The translations under genes were made by a program, and so were the position numbers. DNA of 64,000 bases from Alphaproteobacteria bacterium (lineage in GTDB: Bacteria; Pseudomonadota; Alphaproteobacteria; SHVP01), in assembly GCA_038116985.1 (NCBI GenBank), contig JAYOEZ010000008.1:671-64670 (forward strand), written 5' to 3'. Positions 53,177 to 62,688 of this stretch are shown in pieces. Numbering within the stretch: the stretch's first letter is position 1; each line of letters begins with the position of its first letter. The notes beneath the pieces were generated by a model. That model searched no databases and was not told where the DNA came from. It saw nothing but the letters and a program-made list of their open reading frames with translations.

Positions 53177-54625
53177 CTAGACGCGCCAAAACCTGCGAGT
53201 GAATAGAACCGCTACAGTGAACACCTCGAGCCGGCCAAGCAACATTCCGGCTGCAAGAAGCCATTTCGCTCCATCCGGCAACTCCGCAAACGTCCCGGCG
53301 GGCCCAACTACAGGTCCCAGGCCCGGCCCGACGTTTGTGATTGCCGTGGCGGCGCTCGACACGCTGGTGACGAAGTCGAGTCCCATGAGGGACAAGGCGA
53401 AGGCGAGCAATGCAAACAGGAGCAGGAACAGAAAGAAGAACGCGAAGACCGAGTCGGTCACCGACTCGGGTAGGGGTTTGCCGTCGTAATGGGGCACGTA
53501 AATCCGGTGCGGGCGCAAGAGGCGTTCAAGCTGGGTCTTGAGCGCCAGGAAAAGCACCTGATAGCGGAAGACCTTGACGCTGCACGACGTCGACCCGGCA
53601 CACCCGCCGATGAACATGAAGAACAGGAAGGCGATGCCCGGGAAGGTCCCCCATAGCCAGTAGTCCTCGCTCGCGTAACCTGTGCCGGTGATGATGGAGG
53701 TCACGTTGAACGCGGCAGAGCGAATCGCCTTACCAGCGGCGACATCGTTGGCAACTGCCTGCCAGATGGCCAACGCCGCCATACTGATCAACAGGATCGC
53801 GACGAACCACTGAACCTGGCTGCTGCGGAACACATGTGCCGGATTTCCACGGGCGGCGATCAGCAGAAGCGCGAACGGCAGGCTACCGATGAACATGAAG
53901 CAGGTCGCGATGATCTCGATCGGGGCGCTGGCGAAGTGTCCGATCGATGCATCTGCCGTCGAGAATCCTCCGGTCGCGATCGTCGTCATCGAGTGCGCGA
54001 TCGCCTCGAACCCGGACATGCCTGCAGCCCAATAGGCGACGAAACAGCTAAGGGTCGCGGCAACGTAGATCAGGCCAATGCCCGCAGCCAGCGAAGCGAT
54101 TCGCGGGGTCGTCTTGCCGGATGGATCGCTGAACTCGGTCCGGAACAACTGGTTGCCGCCCACTTGCAGCATGGGAAGGACCGAAACCGCCAGCACGATG
54201 AAGCCGATGCCTCCAAGCCACTGAAGCATCGCCCGCCAAATAAGGATGCCGGGCGGCGCATTGTCCAGGTCGACCAGCGTGGTCGATCCTGTCGTGGTGA
54301 TCCCCGACATCGCCTCGAAAAAGGCATTGGCGTAGTTCAGTTCGAGTTCGGAAAACCGAAACGGCAAGGCGGCAAACGCCGTGAGAACTGCCCAGCTGAC
54401 CGCCGTCAGGACGAAACTTTGGCGCACCGTCAATGTCTTCCAGCCGCCGCGTGTGGTCAGGACGCAACTGACTCCGACGAAGAGTGAAACGCCCGATGCG
54501 CCGAGGAAGGCCTGCCAGTCGAGATGGCCCTCGGCGGCGTCGACCGCCGCCGGCACCAGCATGGCGGCTGCAAGTGCGACGAGCAAAACGCCGAGGAAAA
54601 AGATGATCGGACGTAGTTCGATCAT
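53177..54625 (-). CDS. trkH: Trk-type potassium uptake protein TrkH
   Basis: 482-aa polytopic protein with repeated selectivity-filter-like TTGF/ATGG/TGTG segments. Confidence 0.9.
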   Translation of the reverse strand: MIELRPIIFFLGVLLVALAAAMLVPAAVDAAEGHLDWQAFLGASGVSLFVGVSCVLTTRGGWKTLTVRQSFVLTAVSWAVLTAFAALPFRFSELELNYANAFFEAMSGITTTGSTTLVDLDNAPPGILIWRAMLQWLGGIGFIVLAVSVLPMLQVGGNQLFRTEFSDPSGKTTPRIASLAAGIGLIYVAATLSCFVAYWAAGMSGFEAIAHSMTTIATGGFSTADASIGHFASAPIEIIATCFMFIGSLPFALLLIAARGNPAHVFRSSQVQWFVAILLISMAALAIWQAVANDVAAGKAIRSAAFNVTSIITGTGYASEDYWLWGTFPGIAFLFFMFIGGCAGSTSCSVKVFRYQVLFLALKTQLERLLRPHRIYVPHYDGKPLPESVTDSVFAFFFLFLLLFALLAFALSLMGLDFVTSVSSAATAITNVGPGLGPVVGPAGTFAELPDGAKWLLAAGMLLGRLEVFTVAVLFTRRFWRV

Positions 54626-54642
54626 CGGCGTCGTTGCCGTTC

Positions 54643-55263
54643 CTAGCCGGACTGGTTGGTCGGCGAACTGATGATGTTCAGGAATTCGCGCCGGGTCGTG
54701 GCGTCATCCCGAAAGGCGCCGACCATGTGGCTAGTCACCATGCTGACGCCCTGCTTGTGCACGCCCCGCATCGTCATGCACTGGTGCGCCGCATCGATCA
54801 CGACGGCAACGCCCTTGGGTCGGAGGACGCTGTCGATGCAGGTGGCGATCTGGGCCGTCATCTTCTCCTGGACCTGAAGGCGCTTGGCGTAGGCGTCGAC
54901 GACGCGGGCAAGCTTGCTGATGCCCACTACACGCCGGTCCGGCAGGTACCCGACGTGAGCCCGGCCGATGATGGGGAGCATATGGTGCTCGCAGTGCGAC
55001 TCCACCCGGATGTCGCGAAGTACGACCATTTCATCGTAGCCGTCGGTCTCTTCGAAGGTTCGTTGCAGGTACTCGACGGCGTCGTCTTCATAGCCGGCAA
55101 AGAACTCGTCGTAGGAACGGACGACACGCGCTGGCGTATCGACGAGCCCTTCGCGCGTCACGTCGTCGCCGGCATAGCGGAGGAGGGTGCGTACCGCATC
55201 CTCGGCTTCCTCGCGGGTCGGACGGTCTGTTGCCGCTGTGGCGTTCTTGGCCTGTTTGTCCAA
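54643..55263 (-). CDS. folE: GTP cyclohydrolase I
   Basis: [12 protein letters not shown] zinc-site motif; HQCMTMRGV. Confidence 0.95.
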   Translation of the reverse strand: MDKQAKNATAATDRPTREEAEDAVRTLLRYAGDDVTREGLVDTPARVVRSYDEFFAGYEDDAVEYLQRTFEETDGYDEMVVLRDIRVESHCEHHMLPIIGRAHVGYLPDRRVVGISKLARVVDAYAKRLQVQEKMTAQIATCIDSVLRPKGVAVVIDAAHQCMTMRGVHKQGVSMVTSHMVGAFRDDATTRREFLNIISSPTNQSG

Positions 55264-55272
55264 AACGTCTTC

Positions 55273-55665
55273 CTAGTTGATCGTTACGCGTTCGTGCGGG
55301 CTGTCGAGCGAAAAGGCGGGGATGTCGACTGGGAACGTGTCGCCCTCGTCGGTGGTCATCTCGTACGAACCGACCATGAAGCCCGACGGTGTGGTCAGCG
55401 GCGTCCCGCTGGTGTACTCGAAGGATTCTCCTGGCGCCAGAACTGGCTGCTCTCCGACGACGCCCGGCCCGCGCACTTCCTTCACCCGGCCCGTGGCGTC
55501 GGTGATCTTCCAGTATCGGTGCAGAAGCTGCACACGCTGGGGACCCTGGTTCTCGATCTTCACCTTGTAGGCCCAGACGAAATGCCCCTGGTCCGGGGTC
55601 GACTGGTCGTCGAGGTAGAACGGTTCAACCTCGATGCGAATGCCGCGTGTCGTTCGGTCGTACAT
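55273..55665 (-). CDS. apaG: ApaG (DUF525) protein
   Basis: 130 aa; FVWAYKVKIEN...HRYWKITDA...GVVGEQPVL pattern. Confidence 0.9.
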   Translation of the reverse strand: MYDRTTRGIRIEVEPFYLDDQSTPDQGHFVWAYKVKIENQGPQRVQLLHRYWKITDATGRVKEVRGPGVVGEQPVLAPGESFEYTSGTPLTTPSGFMVGSYEMTTDEGDTFPVDIPAFSLDSPHERVTIN

Positions 55666-55701
55666 GGTCTCGCTGCCGCATGACTGCCAAGCGGCCCTAG
55701 A

Positions 55702-56904
55702 CTACCAAGACGACAGGGCTTGGGCGACATCGTCGATCAAATCGTCCACGTCCTCCAGGCCGGCGGAGAGCCGCACTGTCGTCGGCAGAATTCCGAGGCT
55801 GATCCGCTCGTCTTCCGCCACCCGTTGATGGGTCGTCGTTGCCGGGTGTGTGATCAGGCTCTTGGAATCGCCGAGATTGTTGGAGATGTCCACGATCTTG
55901 AGCGCGTTGAGAAAGCGAAATGCGTTCTCCTTGCCGCCGTCGATGTCGAACGTCACGATTCCGCCGCCCGCGGTCATTTGTTTCCGGGCGAGCGCCTGGG
56001 CCTTGTAAGAATCGAGGAACGGGTAAAGAACCCGTGTGGTGCGCTCGTGTTCCGCGAGGAACCGCGCGATCTTCTCCGCCGATTCGCAGTGCCGCTGGAC
56101 CCGGAGTTCCAGCGTCTCGAGGCCCTTGAGCATGACCCACGCATTGAACGGGCTGAGCGCCGGACCGGTGTGCCGGAGGTAGGGCTTGAGCGTTTCCTCG
56201 ACGAAGCTCTCGGTGCCGAGCACCACACCGCCGAGGCATCGGCCCTGTCCGTCGATGTGTTTGGTGGCGGAGTACACGACGACGTCGGCACCGAACTCGC
56301 CGGGCCGCTGCAATGCAGGCGTGGCGAAGGCATTGTCGACGACAAGCTTTGCGCCGACACCGTGCAGAAGGCCTGCAACGCCTTCCATGTCGACGATCTC
56401 GAGCATCGGATTGGATGGCGTCTCGAGAAAGCCGCATACCGTGTTGTCACGCAGGGCGTCGCGCCACTGATCGAGGTCGTCGCCGTCGACGAGAGTCACC
56501 TCGACACCGAAGCGTGGCAGGATCTCGTCGACGATATAGCGGCACGACCCGAACAGCGCGCGCGCCGAAACGACGTGGTCTCCCGCCTTGAGCTGGCACA
56601 TCAGCGCCGCGTTTACAGCCGCCATGCCGGTCGCTGTCGCCATCGCCCGCTCGGCGCCTTCGATCGCGGCGATTCGCTCTTCGAAGGTGCCCACGGTGGG
56701 GTTGGAAAATCGCGAATAGATGAAGCCGTCGTCCTCGCCCTTGAAGCGGGCTTCGGCCTGTTCGGCGGCCTCGTAGACGTAACCGGATGTCATGAACAGC
56801 GGTTCGCTGGTTTCGCCGAAATTCGATCGTGCCTGTCCGCCGCGCACCGCGAGCGTCTGGCGACGCCAGCCGGTGGCATCCTTCTTCTTTCCTGTGTCGG
56901 CCAT
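55702..56904 (-). CDS. metZ: O-succinylhomoserine sulfhydrylase
   Basis: Cys/Met-metabolism PLP family (TLAVRGG..., YSATKHIDGQG PLP-Lys). ATG 56904 preceded by GGGAGA. Confidence 0.9.
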   Translation of the reverse strand: MADTGKKKDATGWRRQTLAVRGGQARSNFGETSEPLFMTSGYVYEAAEQAEARFKGEDDGFIYSRFSNPTVGTFEERIAAIEGAERAMATATGMAAVNAALMCQLKAGDHVVSARALFGSCRYIVDEILPRFGVEVTLVDGDDLDQWRDALRDNTVCGFLETPSNPMLEIVDMEGVAGLLHGVGAKLVVDNAFATPALQRPGEFGADVVVYSATKHIDGQGRCLGGVVLGTESFVEETLKPYLRHTGPALSPFNAWVMLKGLETLELRVQRHCESAEKIARFLAEHERTTRVLYPFLDSYKAQALARKQMTAGGGIVTFDIDGGKENAFRFLNALKIVDISNNLGDSKSLITHPATTTHQRVAEDERISLGILPTTVRLSAGLEDVDDLIDDVAQALSSW

Positions 56905-56920
56905 GTGCCGTTCTCCCAAC

Positions 56921-56944
56921 AAAAAACCCGGCAGGAGCCGGGTT
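56921..56944 (-). terminator. Intrinsic terminator (riboswitch expression platform) in the metZ leader
   Basis: Minus strand AACCCGGC-UCCU-GCCGGGUU followed by UUUUGUUG. Confidence 0.6.
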
Positions 56945-56948
56945 GTCG

Positions 56949-57008
56949 CTCCGACCTTTTAAGCTGCTTGTTTTACGTGGCCGCAAGCCGGTCGGCTCAA
57001 ATCGCCAC
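56949..57008 (-). promoter_or_regulatory. SAM-II-like riboswitch aptamer candidate
   Basis: Minus strand GGCGAUUUGAGCCGACCGGCUUGCGGCCACGUAAAACAAGCAGCUUAAAAGGUCGG. The GAUUU, GGCUUGC and AGCUUAAAAG strings and the pseudoknot-compatible complementarities resemble SAM-II. It lies upstream of a methionine biosynthesis gene. Confidence 0.55.
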
Positions 57009-57016
57009 GGGGGCGC

Positions 57017-57045
57017 GTCTTACGCCTTTGCCACGCCGTCGTCAA
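57017..57045 (-). promoter_or_regulatory. Candidate sigma70-type promoter for the metZ leader
   Basis: Minus strand TTGACG - 17 nt - TAAGAC, ending about 8 nt before the aptamer. Confidence 0.4.
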
Positions 57046-57058
57046 GACGAAGGCTACT

Positions 57059-58009
57059 TCAGGTGCTGCAGGAACCTCCGCCAAGTACGCAGAACTTGGC
57101 GCAATGGGGATGGTTGAGCTTCACCTCGCCCGCCGCATTGCGGAGGTTCGGACCGAGTTCGAACTGTGTGTCGTAGGGCAGCAGCGTGCAGGGCAGAACG
57201 ACCGGCGCGCTTGCGCCGCGCCGCTTCACGACCATGCGCGCGCTTGCGCACATCATCGCGTCGGGGTCGACGCTCAGAATACCCCAGCAGGCCGTGGTGA
57301 TTTCCGGAACCGGCGCCGCTTCGTCCATCTCTGGGAACAGTACGAGCGTCGAAGGATCATTCTCGTCGATTCGCACGCCGTGTCGTCGAAATAGGCTGCC
57401 GAAACCGGCGCGTAGCGCCGCTTCGTCGTCACCCCACAGGGTCCGCCCCGCTACCGCGATGCTGAATCCGTTGTCGGAAAGCCAGCGCAAGCCGTCGAGG
57501 GTGCGTTCCCAGGAATGATCGCCCCGCTCTTCCCGATGACGGGCCTCTGTGAAGTGGTCGAGCGAGACCCTAAGTTTCAGGGCATCGCCGTGACGCGCCT
57601 TCAACGCAAGCAACGCGTCGCGGTGGTGCGTCATCGGCGTCATCGCATTGGTCAGGACGAGCGCGTCGAAGCCGCGATCCAGAACTTCGGCAAGGATTCC
57701 GTCGATCTCGGGGTTCATGAACGGCTCGCCGCCAGTCAGTCCGATTTCCCGCGTGCCCAGGCCGCACTCCCGTATCTCGTCTAGAAACGGCTGCACCTCG
57801 TCCAGGGTGATGTAGCTGAGGCGGTCGTTAGTGGGGCTCGACTCGATGTAGCAGTGCGTGCACGTCAGGTTGCAAAGCGTTCCCGTGTTGAACCACAGCG
57901 TCTCGAGGCGCCGTAGCGCGACTGACGCGCGCGGTGACCCATCCGCGGTCACGTCGGGATCAAGAAATTTCGGCGCATCTGCGGTCTGGTCTTTTTCGAC
58001 AATGGTCAT
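57059..58009 (-). CDS. Radical SAM protein with C-terminal Cys-rich domain (ArsS / DUF3641-type family)
   Basis: CNLTCTHCY radical SAM cluster motif. C-terminal Cys-rich tail (TACWG, MMCASA, HPHCAKFCVLGGGSC). Confidence 0.75.
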   Translation of the reverse strand: MTIVEKDQTADAPKFLDPDVTADGSPRASVALRRLETLWFNTGTLCNLTCTHCYIESSPTNDRLSYITLDEVQPFLDEIRECGLGTREIGLTGGEPFMNPEIDGILAEVLDRGFDALVLTNAMTPMTHHRDALLALKARHGDALKLRVSLDHFTEARHREERGDHSWERTLDGLRWLSDNGFSIAVAGRTLWGDDEAALRAGFGSLFRRHGVRIDENDPSTLVLFPEMDEAAPVPEITTACWGILSVDPDAMMCASARMVVKRRGASAPVVLPCTLLPYDTQFELGPNLRNAAGEVKLNHPHCAKFCVLGGGSCST

Positions 58010-58180
58010 GTGGGTATCGCTACGCCGCGAGGCTCGAACATTTCATGCTGGTGACCATTTCGTCATGGCCAGGCCAAGTCAACAGCGTCCGGCCCCAGAT
58101 CACCGGCAGTTGAGCGCGTGAGATGCTTCCGGGAGATGCCACTTGATTTCCCGGAAGCGGCGCGGAAAATCGTGTCCGTC

Positions 58181-58254
58181 GCGGGTGTAGCTCAATGGTA
58201 GAGCAGAAGCTTCCCAAGCTTACGACGAGGGTTCGATTCCCTTCACCCGCTCCA
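58181..58254 (+). tRNA. tRNA-Gly (anticodon CCC)
   Basis: Acceptor GCGGGTG/CACCCGC, D arm GCTC-AATGGTA-GAGC, anticodon loop TTCCCAA, T arm GAGGG-TTCGATT-CCCTT, encoded CCA. Confidence 0.95.
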
Positions 58255-58277
58255 AGCCAGTGGCACTACCCGCAGCG

Positions 58278-58895
58278 ATGTCAGAGTACCTGATCGACGG
58301 CAAGTCCAGCGCCCAGCGGACCGTGGTACTCGCCCACGGCGCCGGCGCACCGATGGATTCGCCGTTCATGGACACCGTGGCGCAGGGAATGGCCGCCGAG
58401 GGCTTACGGGTGGTCCGCTTCGAATTCGCCTACATGGCCCAACGCCGCGTCGATGGCAAACGGCGGGGGCCCGACAGGGCGCCGAAGCTGCTCGCGGCAT
58501 GGCATGAGGTGATTGCCGATCTCGGCAAGCCCGAGCACATGATTGTCGGGGGCAAGAGTATGGGCGGGCGTTACGCCACCATGGTGGCCGACGAAGCTGG
58601 CGTCGCCGGCGTGCTCTGTTTCGGCTATCCGTTCCATTCGCCGGGTCGCCCCGAAAAGACGCGCACCGCACATCTCGAAGATCTGCAGACGCCCGCGCTA
58701 ATCCTGCAAGGCACGCGCGACGCGCTCGGCCATCGCGAAGAGATCGAAGGCTACAAGTTGAGCCGCAAGATCGGGCTGCATTGGCTCGAGGACGGCGACC
58801 ACGACCTCAAGCCGCGCAAGGCGTCGGGGCGAACCCACGCGCAGAATCTGGAAGAAGCGATCGCCGCCGCGGCGGCATTCGCAAAGGCGCTCTAG
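58278..58895 (+). CDS. Alpha/beta hydrolase (KANL3/Tex30-like, COG3571-type)
   Basis: VVLAHGAGAPMDSPFM and nucleophile elbow GGKSMGGR. The track start GTG 58260 lies 5 nt after the tRNA, so ATG 58278 is preferred. Confidence 0.75.
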   Translation: MSEYLIDGKSSAQRTVVLAHGAGAPMDSPFMDTVAQGMAAEGLRVVRFEFAYMAQRRVDGKRRGPDRAPKLLAAWHEVIADLGKPEHMIVGGKSMGGRYATMVADEAGVAGVLCFGYPFHSPGRPEKTRTAHLEDLQTPALILQGTRDALGHREEIEGYKLSRKIGLHWLEDGDHDLKPRKASGRTHAQNLEEAIAAAAAFAKAL

Positions 58896-59302
58896 AGCGT
58901 CTGGTAGCGCGCCTTGGCGCCGCGTTCGATGGCCGCCGCCGGCAGACGACCGATTTCCAGACGGTGGCGCAGATACTCAAGGAGTTTGATTTCCTCGCTG
59001 CGCAAACGGCCCTCAACAGCCGCGATGTCGCAAGCCAATGCATACGCTGTTTCGTGCAGCCGCGCCGGCAGCGCTTCGCTCACGAACTTCAGTACATCGT
59101 CCAGGCCGCTCTCTTTCGAGAGCGTTTCGGCGCAGTTCTCGGCGACTTCGGGAAGTTCCTCGATGTCGAAGCCGGCAAAGGCGGGAAGCGTCTTGACGAT
59201 CTCTCCGATGGTAAAGAGTTCCTTGTCCGTCATGTCGCTGTCGGCGGCCGACATCAGGACCATGACGTAGATCAGCGCTCTGTGTTCGTTCTTTGACGAC
59301 AT
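58892..59302 (-). CDS. TerB-like (tellurite-resistance TerB family) small protein
   Basis: ORF 58892..59791 trimmed to ATG 59302 (MSSKNEHRALIYVMVLMSAADSDMTDKEL...). The upstream 163 codons are Arg/Pro-rich and overlap lysK. Confidence 0.65.
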   Translation of the reverse strand: MSSKNEHRALIYVMVLMSAADSDMTDKELFTIGEIVKTLPAFAGFDIEELPEVAENCAETLSKESGLDDVLKFVSEALPARLHETAYALACDIAAVEGRLRSEEIKLLEYLRHRLEIGRLPAAAIERGAKARYQTL

Positions 59303-59427
59303 CCAGTCTTTCCTTCCTTTTGCGTGGCCGCAATTTAGGGACCGCTCTCCCTGCCAGCAACCCCAATCGCCTTGCGCTATTGACCATGGCCGCAGCCAGC
59401 GCCTAGGTTGCCGCCCGGCGAAAGACC

Positions 59428-60993
59428 ATGTCCCAACATCAGCAAAAATCCTGGCCCTTTCAGGAGGCCCACACGCTCGTCGAGCGGTACCGAGACCACG
59501 TGCCGACGAAGGGCTACGTCCTGTTCGAGACCGGCTACGGGCCGTCTGGGCTGCCCCATATCGGCACCTTCGGAGAGGTGGCGCGTACCACCATGGTGCG
59601 CCGTGCCTTTGCCGAGTTGAGCGATCTGCCGACTCGCCTGTTCGCCTTCTCGGACGACATGGACGGTTTGCGCAAGGTGCCGGAAAACGTGCCCAACCAG
59701 GACCTGTTGCAGGCGCATCTCGGCAAGCCGCTGACGTCGGTGCCCGATCCGTTCGGAACGCACGAGAGTTTTGGTCACCACAACAACGCACGGCTGCAGG
59801 CGTTTCTCGATCAGTTCGGTTTCGACTACGAATTCAAGAGCGCGACGGCCTGCTACAAGGATGGGCTCTTCGATTCAGTCCTGCTCAAGCTTCTCGAACA
59901 CTACGACGAAGTCACCAACGTCATCCTGCCGACGTTGGGCGCGGAGCGTCGTGCCACCTATTCGCCGTTTCTACCAATATCGCCGAGGACCGGCGAAGTG
60001 CTGCAGGTTCCCCTGGTCCATCGCGATCCGGATGCGGGCACGGTCGTCTACGAAGACGACAACGGCGAGAAGGTCGAAGTGCCTGTAACCGGGGGCGCGT
60101 GCAAGCTCCAGTGGAAGGCCGACTGGGCGATGCGCTGGTCGGCGCTCGACGTCGACTACGAGATGTCCGGCAAGGACCTCATCGATTCGGCGCGGCTGTC
60201 GAGCCGCATTTGCCGAATTCTCGATGGCCGCCCACCGGAAGGGTTCAACTACGAGCTCTTTCTCGACGAGAACGGTGAGAAGATCTCCAAGTCGCGCGGC
60301 AACGGTCTCGCGCTCGAAGACTGGTTGCGCTACGCCTCGCCCGAGAGCTTGGCGCTCTACATGTTCCAGTCGCCGCGCAAGGCGAAGCGCCTTTTCTTCG
60401 ACGTGATCCCGAAGGCAGTCGACGAATACGCGTCATTCCTGCATCGCTATCACGAAACCGAGGAGCGTGCGGCGCGGCTCGACAATCCGGTCTGGCACAT
60501 CCATGGCGACGACGCCCCCAAGGAAGATCTGCCGCTCAGCTTCGGCATCCTCCTGAACCTGGTCAGCGCCTGCAATTCCGACGATCCGGCCGTGCTGTGG
60601 GGGTTCGTGGCGCGCTACATGCCGGGTGCGGCTCCTGAGAGCCACCCGTTGCTGGACCGCCTGGTGCACTACGCGATCGCCTACTACCGCGACTTCGTGG
60701 CGCCGACTAAGGCATTCCGCAGCCCGACACAGACCGAACGTGCTGCGCTTGAGGATCTTGTAGGCGAACTCGAGGCTCTGTCGCCGGAGAGCAGCGCCGA
60801 AGAGATTCAGAATCGCATCTACGAGGTCGGCAAGCGGCACGACTTCGCCAATCTGCGCGATTGGTTCGGTGTACTTTACGAAGTGCTGTTCGGCCAGACC
60901 CAAGGCCCGCGCATGGGTTCCTTTGTCGCGCTATACGGGCTGGCGAATTTCGTCGAGCTGACTCGCGCAGCACTCGCCGGGAGTCAGGGCTAG
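59428..60993 (+). CDS. lysK: Lysine--tRNA ligase, class I
   Basis: [16 protein letters not shown] (HIGH-like) and [11 protein letters not shown] (KMSKS-like). Length and order are typical of class I LysRS. Confidence 0.9.
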   Translation: MSQHQQKSWPFQEAHTLVERYRDHVPTKGYVLFETGYGPSGLPHIGTFGEVARTTMVRRAFAELSDLPTRLFAFSDDMDGLRKVPENVPNQDLLQAHLGKPLTSVPDPFGTHESFGHHNNARLQAFLDQFGFDYEFKSATACYKDGLFDSVLLKLLEHYDEVTNVILPTLGAERRATYSPFLPISPRTGEVLQVPLVHRDPDAGTVVYEDDNGEKVEVPVTGGACKLQWKADWAMRWSALDVDYEMSGKDLIDSARLSSRICRILDGRPPEGFNYELFLDENGEKISKSRGNGLALEDWLRYASPESLALYMFQSPRKAKRLFFDVIPKAVDEYASFLHRYHETEERAARLDNPVWHIHGDDAPKEDLPLSFGILLNLVSACNSDDPAVLWGFVARYMPGAAPESHPLLDRLVHYAIAYYRDFVAPTKAFRSPTQTERAALEDLVGELEALSPESSAEEIQNRIYEVGKRHDFANLRDWFGVLYEVLFGQTQGPRMGSFVALYGLANFVELTRAALAGSQG

Positions 60994-61856
60994 AAGACGT
61001 CCGCGCGCGCCGCGTATTCCATGTACAGATCGTAGGCGCGCCGCGCCAGCGGGCCCGGCTGCAACTCTCGATCCTCTATCCGGGTTACCGGCATCACCTT
61101 GCCGTAGTTGCCGGTGTTGAAGACCTCGTCGGCGTCCATGACCTCTTCAAACGTGATCGCCTTTTCCTCGACGGCCACGCCGCTATCGCGGAGAAGATCG
61201 ATGATGCGCGCCCGCGTGATGCCGCTCAGGAAGGTGCCGTTCGCCGCCGGCGTGATGGCCGTCCCGTCCTTGGCGATCCACAGGTTTGCGGTGGCGAACT
61301 CGGCCACGTTGCCGTTGGGGTCCAGGACCACCGCGTTGTCGAAGCCGCGTGCCGCCGCCTCGCGCAGGGCGCGCCCACTGTTCGGGTAGAGGGAAGAGGC
61401 TTTCGCGTCGGTCGGGGCCATGTCGCGTGCCGGTCGACGAAACGACGATTTGCACGCGCTGAAGCCGCGGAACTTCGGCATCGGCGAATGAAGGATGGCG
61501 AGGACGAACTTGGCGCTGTCGGCATCCGGATTCACGAAGCCGTCCTCTGCATAGATCGCAGGCCTGATGTAGAGCTCGGACTCGCGCGGCAGCTTGCGGA
61601 TTCCCTCAAGCGACAGTTCGTAGACCTCTTCCCAAGTGATCGGCGGGGTCAGACCGATCGCCGCGGCGGACTTGATCAGCCGCTGACAGTGGAGATCGAG
61701 GTCCGGCGCGAGGCCGCCGAATGCGCGGGCGCCGTCGAAGACGACGGACGACATCCAGAATGCGTGCGTGCCGGGTCCGACAATCTTGGGATTGGTGTCG
61801 ACCCAGTCCCCGTCGAAATAGTAGAGCCCCTCTTCGCTGATATTCGTTGCGGCCAT
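60990..61856 (-). CDS. Branched-chain amino acid aminotransferase (PLP fold type IV)
   Basis: Fold-type IV pattern ([36 protein letters not shown]). Confidence 0.85.
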   Translation of the reverse strand: MAATNISEEGLYYFDGDWVDTNPKIVGPGTHAFWMSSVVFDGARAFGGLAPDLDLHCQRLIKSAAAIGLTPPITWEEVYELSLEGIRKLPRESELYIRPAIYAEDGFVNPDADSAKFVLAILHSPMPKFRGFSACKSSFRRPARDMAPTDAKASSLYPNSGRALREAAARGFDNAVVLDPNGNVAEFATANLWIAKDGTAITPAANGTFLSGITRARIIDLLRDSGVAVEEKAITFEEVMDADEVFNTGNYGKVMPVTRIEDRELQPGPLARRAYDLYMEYAARADVF

Positions 61857-61953
61857 AGCGGTCCTGATGCTGCTGTGGGCATTGTCTAGCCGTTGCCCGA
61901 GACCGTCAAACGCGCCGCGTTGCAGCGATGCGGCGAATGACTAGGATGCGCGC

Positions 61954-62685
61954 ATGTGCGGTCGATATCTCCTCCTGTCTCCGGCAGAAGCCATGCGCCG
62001 CCTGTTCGGTCTCGACGTCCAGTTGCCCAACTTTCCCCCGCGCTTCAACGTTGCGCCGACCGACACCATGCCGGTCGTTCGGCTCGGCGGTCCCGGCGCG
62101 CGCGAGCTCGCCATGCTCCGGTGGGGGCTGGTGCCGTCCTGGGCCACGGACCTGTCGATCGGCTCGCGGATGATTAACGCCCGCGGCGAATCGGTCGCGA
62201 CCAAGGCCGCCTTTCGCGATGCATTCCGCGAGCGCCGCTGCCTGGTGCCGGCCGACGGCTACTACGAATGGAAGGAAGAAGACGGCGTACGTCAGGGCTA
62301 TGTCATCAGACCTCAAAGCGACGAACCCTTCGTCTTCGCCGGCATCTGGGAGTCCTGGACCAGGCCCCGGGACGTCGATACCGGCAGTCCGCGCGACGTA
62401 GGGCCGGCGGGCCAGATCGTCGAGACCTTTTCGATCATCACTGGGCCCGCGTTGCCCTCCGTCGCCAACACCCACGACCGAATGCCGGTCGTCCTTCAAC
62501 AGCCCGACTTTGAAGCCTGGTTGAGCAGGGATGCGTCGTCTGACGACTTGCGCCGCCTGGTTGTTCCGTCCCATGTCGATATCGCCATCACACCGGTGGG
62601 TCCGCGCGTGAACAGCGTCAGAAACGACGACGAGGGCTGCCTGGAACCGGCCGAGCCGGCGCCGCGGCAAGCCAGTCTGTTCTAG
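61954..62685 (+). CDS. SOS response-associated peptidase (SRAP/YedK family, abasic-site processing)
   Basis: MCGRY N-terminal Cys nucleophile; FNVAPT, RWGLVP, NARGE, YYEW motifs. Confidence 0.9.
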   Translation: MCGRYLLLSPAEAMRRLFGLDVQLPNFPPRFNVAPTDTMPVVRLGGPGARELAMLRWGLVPSWATDLSIGSRMINARGESVATKAAFRDAFRERRCLVPADGYYEWKEEDGVRQGYVIRPQSDEPFVFAGIWESWTRPRDVDTGSPRDVGPAGQIVETFSIITGPALPSVANTHDRMPVVLQQPDFEAWLSRDASSDDLRRLVVPSHVDIAITPVGPRVNSVRNDDEGCLEPAEPAPRQASLF

Positions 62686-62688
62686 TTT

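Noticed and set aside
57059-57061. The TGA stop of the ArsS-type radical SAM gene could be a selenocysteine codon, since some family members are selenoproteins.
   Set aside because: The conserved position already carries Cys (GGGSCST-stop). Read-through would add only 12 unremarkable residues (SSLRLDDGVAKA) before TAA and would run into the metZ promoter. I saw no SECIS-like hairpin.
55720-57117. A 465-codon plus-strand ORF running antisense through metZ, its riboswitch leader and into the radical SAM gene.
   Set aside because: It crosses an intrinsic terminator and two unrelated genes, and its composition is that of a shadow frame. metZ motifs (PLP-Lys YSATKHIDGQG) are on the minus strand.
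61920-61947. TTGCAG-16 nt-TAGGAT upstream of the SRAP gene, which would imply a leaderless mRNA. I also looked for an SOS (LexA) box.
   Set aside because: The TAGGAT contains AGGA 7 nt before the ATG, which is more simply a Shine-Dalgarno site. No GTTC-N7-GTTC-type alphaproteobacterial LexA box is visible in the spacer.
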